64,000 nt of DNA from Nitrosopumilus sp. (lineage in GTDB: Archaea > Thermoproteota > Nitrososphaeria > Nitrososphaerales > Nitrosopumilaceae). Location of the stretch: positions 1,440,001 through 1,504,000 of the forward strand of contig OZ243974.1 in the NCBI GenBank assembly GCA_965214775.1, in the 5' to 3' direction. Both the position numbers and the translations under genes were made by a program. How positions within the stretch are numbered: the stretch's first letter is position 1; every line of letters begins with the position of its first letter. The notes beneath the pieces are model-generated. The model made no database searches, had not been told where the DNA came from, and saw only the letters and a program-made list of their open reading frames with translations. Positions 61,977 to 64,000 of this stretch are shown here, piece by piece.

Positions 61977-63878
61977 ATGAAGTCAATGCCGATAATTGCC
62001 TCTATCATTATTTTATCATCGGCATTTGTTATCGGTGATCTTTATGCCGATTCTTGCAAGTCTGACATGGTGCTGTTGCACAAGGCAGCTACAAACGAAC
62101 CTGTTTGCGTGACCCCGTCAACGGCTGAAAAACTAATTCAAAGAGGGTGGGCCCTTGAGACAAGTGTTCCAGAACCTGCCAGAGTTGATGTCCCACATAC
62201 CGATACATGGAACTCCCAATCTTCTGCAAGTGATCAGTCACTCTATGGCACTGGTCCAAGCTCTGGCCTTGCGCAATCCCCTGCCTTAAGTCAATCCGGG
62301 CCTGTGTCTGTCTCTCGCCAACCCTGGACTGCTGAGGGCGGGCCCCTGGGTTATGCCGTTGGAGGGGCGCAAGACATCAATAATTTCAGAGAAAACATAG
62401 AAAACGGCTATCTGCCACTATACACCGACATTACCTACGAGGGTTTGTTTTATGATTACTATTTTGATACAGGCAAAGTAACTGAATGCGAAAAATTATT
62501 CTGTCCGTCGTACAGCTATGCAATATCGCCTGATCCTTTCTCAAAGAATGACGAATACTACCTAACAGTAGGACTGAACTCTGGAATCAAAAAATCTGAT
62601 TTTGAGCGCAAAAAACTCAACCTCGTAATAGTAATGGACGTATCGGGCTCAATGAGCTCATCATTTAATCGATATTACTATGATCAATTCGGAAATCAGC
62701 ATGCAAACGAACTCACTGACGATGATCTAAAATCAAAGATGCAGCTGGCAAACGAATCGGTTGTGGGCCTGATTGACAATCTCACTGATGATGACAATCT
62801 TGGCATGGTTTTGTTTTCATCCGGAGCACATCTTGCAAAGCCGTTGGAGAGCATAGGGCATACTGATATTGCCCAGCTCAAAAGCAATGTGCTGGAGATC
62901 GATCCTGGCGGAAGAACACACATGGAAGCAGGCATGAAGCTTGGCACATCGATATTTGATGACATTCGTGCTGATCCGACAGAGTATGAAAACAGAATAA
63001 TCTTCCTGACTGATGCCATGCCGAATCTTGGAAGTATAGGCGAAGACAGCCTTGGAGGCATGCTAAAAAATAACGCAGAGCGTGGAATTTACGCCACCTT
63101 TATCGGAATAGGAGTTGACTTTCATACCGGGCTCGTTGAAGAGCTGACCAAAGTACGTGGGACCAACTACTATTCTGTCCATTCTGCAAGTGAATTCAAA
63201 GAACAAATGGTTGACGAGTTTGAATTTATGGTGACTCCTCTTGTCTTTAATCTGGCGTTAAGCCTCGATGCCCAGGGATACAAAATCAAAGAAGTGTATG
63301 GCTCTCCTGAAGCCGATGAATCAACCGGACAAATAATGAGGGTAAACACGCTATTTCCATCAAAGACTGAAGGCGGACAAACAAAGGGCGGAATAGTTTT
63401 GCTAAAGCTTGAAAAAACCAGCACAGACGGAAAACTAGTGCTTGACACAAGCTATGAGGACCGAACCGGCAAGATTGATGGCGATAGCGCGGTAATAGAA
63501 ATCTCTTCAGAGGGTTCTGATTACTATGAAAACTCTGGAATCAGAAAAGGAATTCTGCTATCAAGATATGCGGAGCTGATGCAGACCTGGATATACAATG
63601 AAAGAGCCGAATATGAAAAGGATTCTGCGCAACCAATAATTGGAGAGACTAGACCGTTGAGTGTGTTTTACGAAGACGGAATTCACGTACCGGATTATGT
63701 GGGTGTTTCGTTAGGGCAGTGGGAACGCCAATCAATCCCATTACTTGTATCGTCACAAAACCAAGAACTAATCTCTGAATTTGCAGAATATTTCAAGCAG
63801 GAGATGAGCGTGATTTCTGATGATGATCTATCGCAGGAAATCTCAATCTTGGAAAAATTAGCAATCCTTGATGTCTAA
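61977..63878 (+). CDS. Secreted VWA-domain protein
   Basis: Signal peptide; MIDAS DVSGS, FLTDA, IGIGVDF. Confidence 0.9.
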   Translation: MKSMPIIASIIILSSAFVIGDLYADSCKSDMVLLHKAATNEPVCVTPSTAEKLIQRGWALETSVPEPARVDVPHTDTWNSQSSASDQSLYGTGPSSGLAQSPALSQSGPVSVSRQPWTAEGGPLGYAVGGAQDINNFRENIENGYLPLYTDITYEGLFYDYYFDTGKVTECEKLFCPSYSYAISPDPFSKNDEYYLTVGLNSGIKKSDFERKKLNLVIVMDVSGSMSSSFNRYYYDQFGNQHANELTDDDLKSKMQLANESVVGLIDNLTDDDNLGMVLFSSGAHLAKPLESIGHTDIAQLKSNVLEIDPGGRTHMEAGMKLGTSIFDDIRADPTEYENRIIFLTDAMPNLGSIGEDSLGGMLKNNAERGIYATFIGIGVDFHTGLVEELTKVRGTNYYSVHSASEFKEQMVDEFEFMVTPLVFNLALSLDAQGYKIKEVYGSPEADESTGQIMRVNTLFPSKTEGGQTKGGIVLLKLEKTSTDGKLVLDTSYEDRTGKIDGDSAVIEISSEGSDYYENSGIRKGILLSRYAELMQTWIYNERAEYEKDSAQPIIGETRPLSVFYEDGIHVPDYVGVSLGQWERQSIPLLVSSQNQELISEFAEYFKQEMSVISDDDLSQEISILEKLAILDV

Positions 63879-63961
63879 ACACTTTCGTTATGCTGAAGTA
63901 ATGAAGGAAAACAAGAAAACCAATGGTTAACCAGCAGCCAGCCGGCATTGGCTGGCAAATA

Positions 63962-64000
63962 CAGCAGTTCCCGGGTGTACTTTTGCAGACCCGACGTGGC
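63962..64000. mobile_element. End of another ISH3/J-family element running off the window
   Basis: CAGCAGTTCCCGGGTGTACTTTTGCAGACCCG matches the termini at 9243 and 10778. Confidence 0.75.

Overview
64 kb of an ammonia-oxidising archaeon (Nitrosopumilaceae, Thaumarchaeota). The assignment rests on the 4-hydroxybutyrate-CoA ligase/4-hydroxybutyryl-CoA dehydratase pair, archaeal ribosomal proteins, aIF5B, archease and a CFI-box-CTERM protein. The heavy IS/MITE load and secreted proteases suggest a host-associated lineage such as a sponge symbiont (inference). Positions 1-19.9 kb are an accessory island. It holds a ~1,400-aa secreted metalloprotease gene split by an IS5 (ISL2-type) element that is itself split by an IS630 element, a phage head-tail-like gene and a dead ISH3 element. 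It also holds a ~3.85-kb tandemly duplicated cassette (small protein, Cys-rich secreted protein, S1 serine protease with RPDL repeats, Zn-finger, SHOCT membrane protein) whose copies differ in sharply localised blocks. Positions 20-64 kb are core genome whose intergenic regions contain at least a dozen MITE families (my labels A-N), some nested four deep or chimeric, and two disrupt toxin genes. Strongest novelty candidates: an IS630-family element and companion MITEs that duplicate CG instead of TA; the polymorphic protease/Cys-rich partner cassette; the MITE ecosystem; a wHTH + membrane-protein module with a shared promoter motif beside a Met-rich DM13 protein; and an orphan two-repeat CRISPR-like array. 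All family calls come from motif recognition; no database searches were run.
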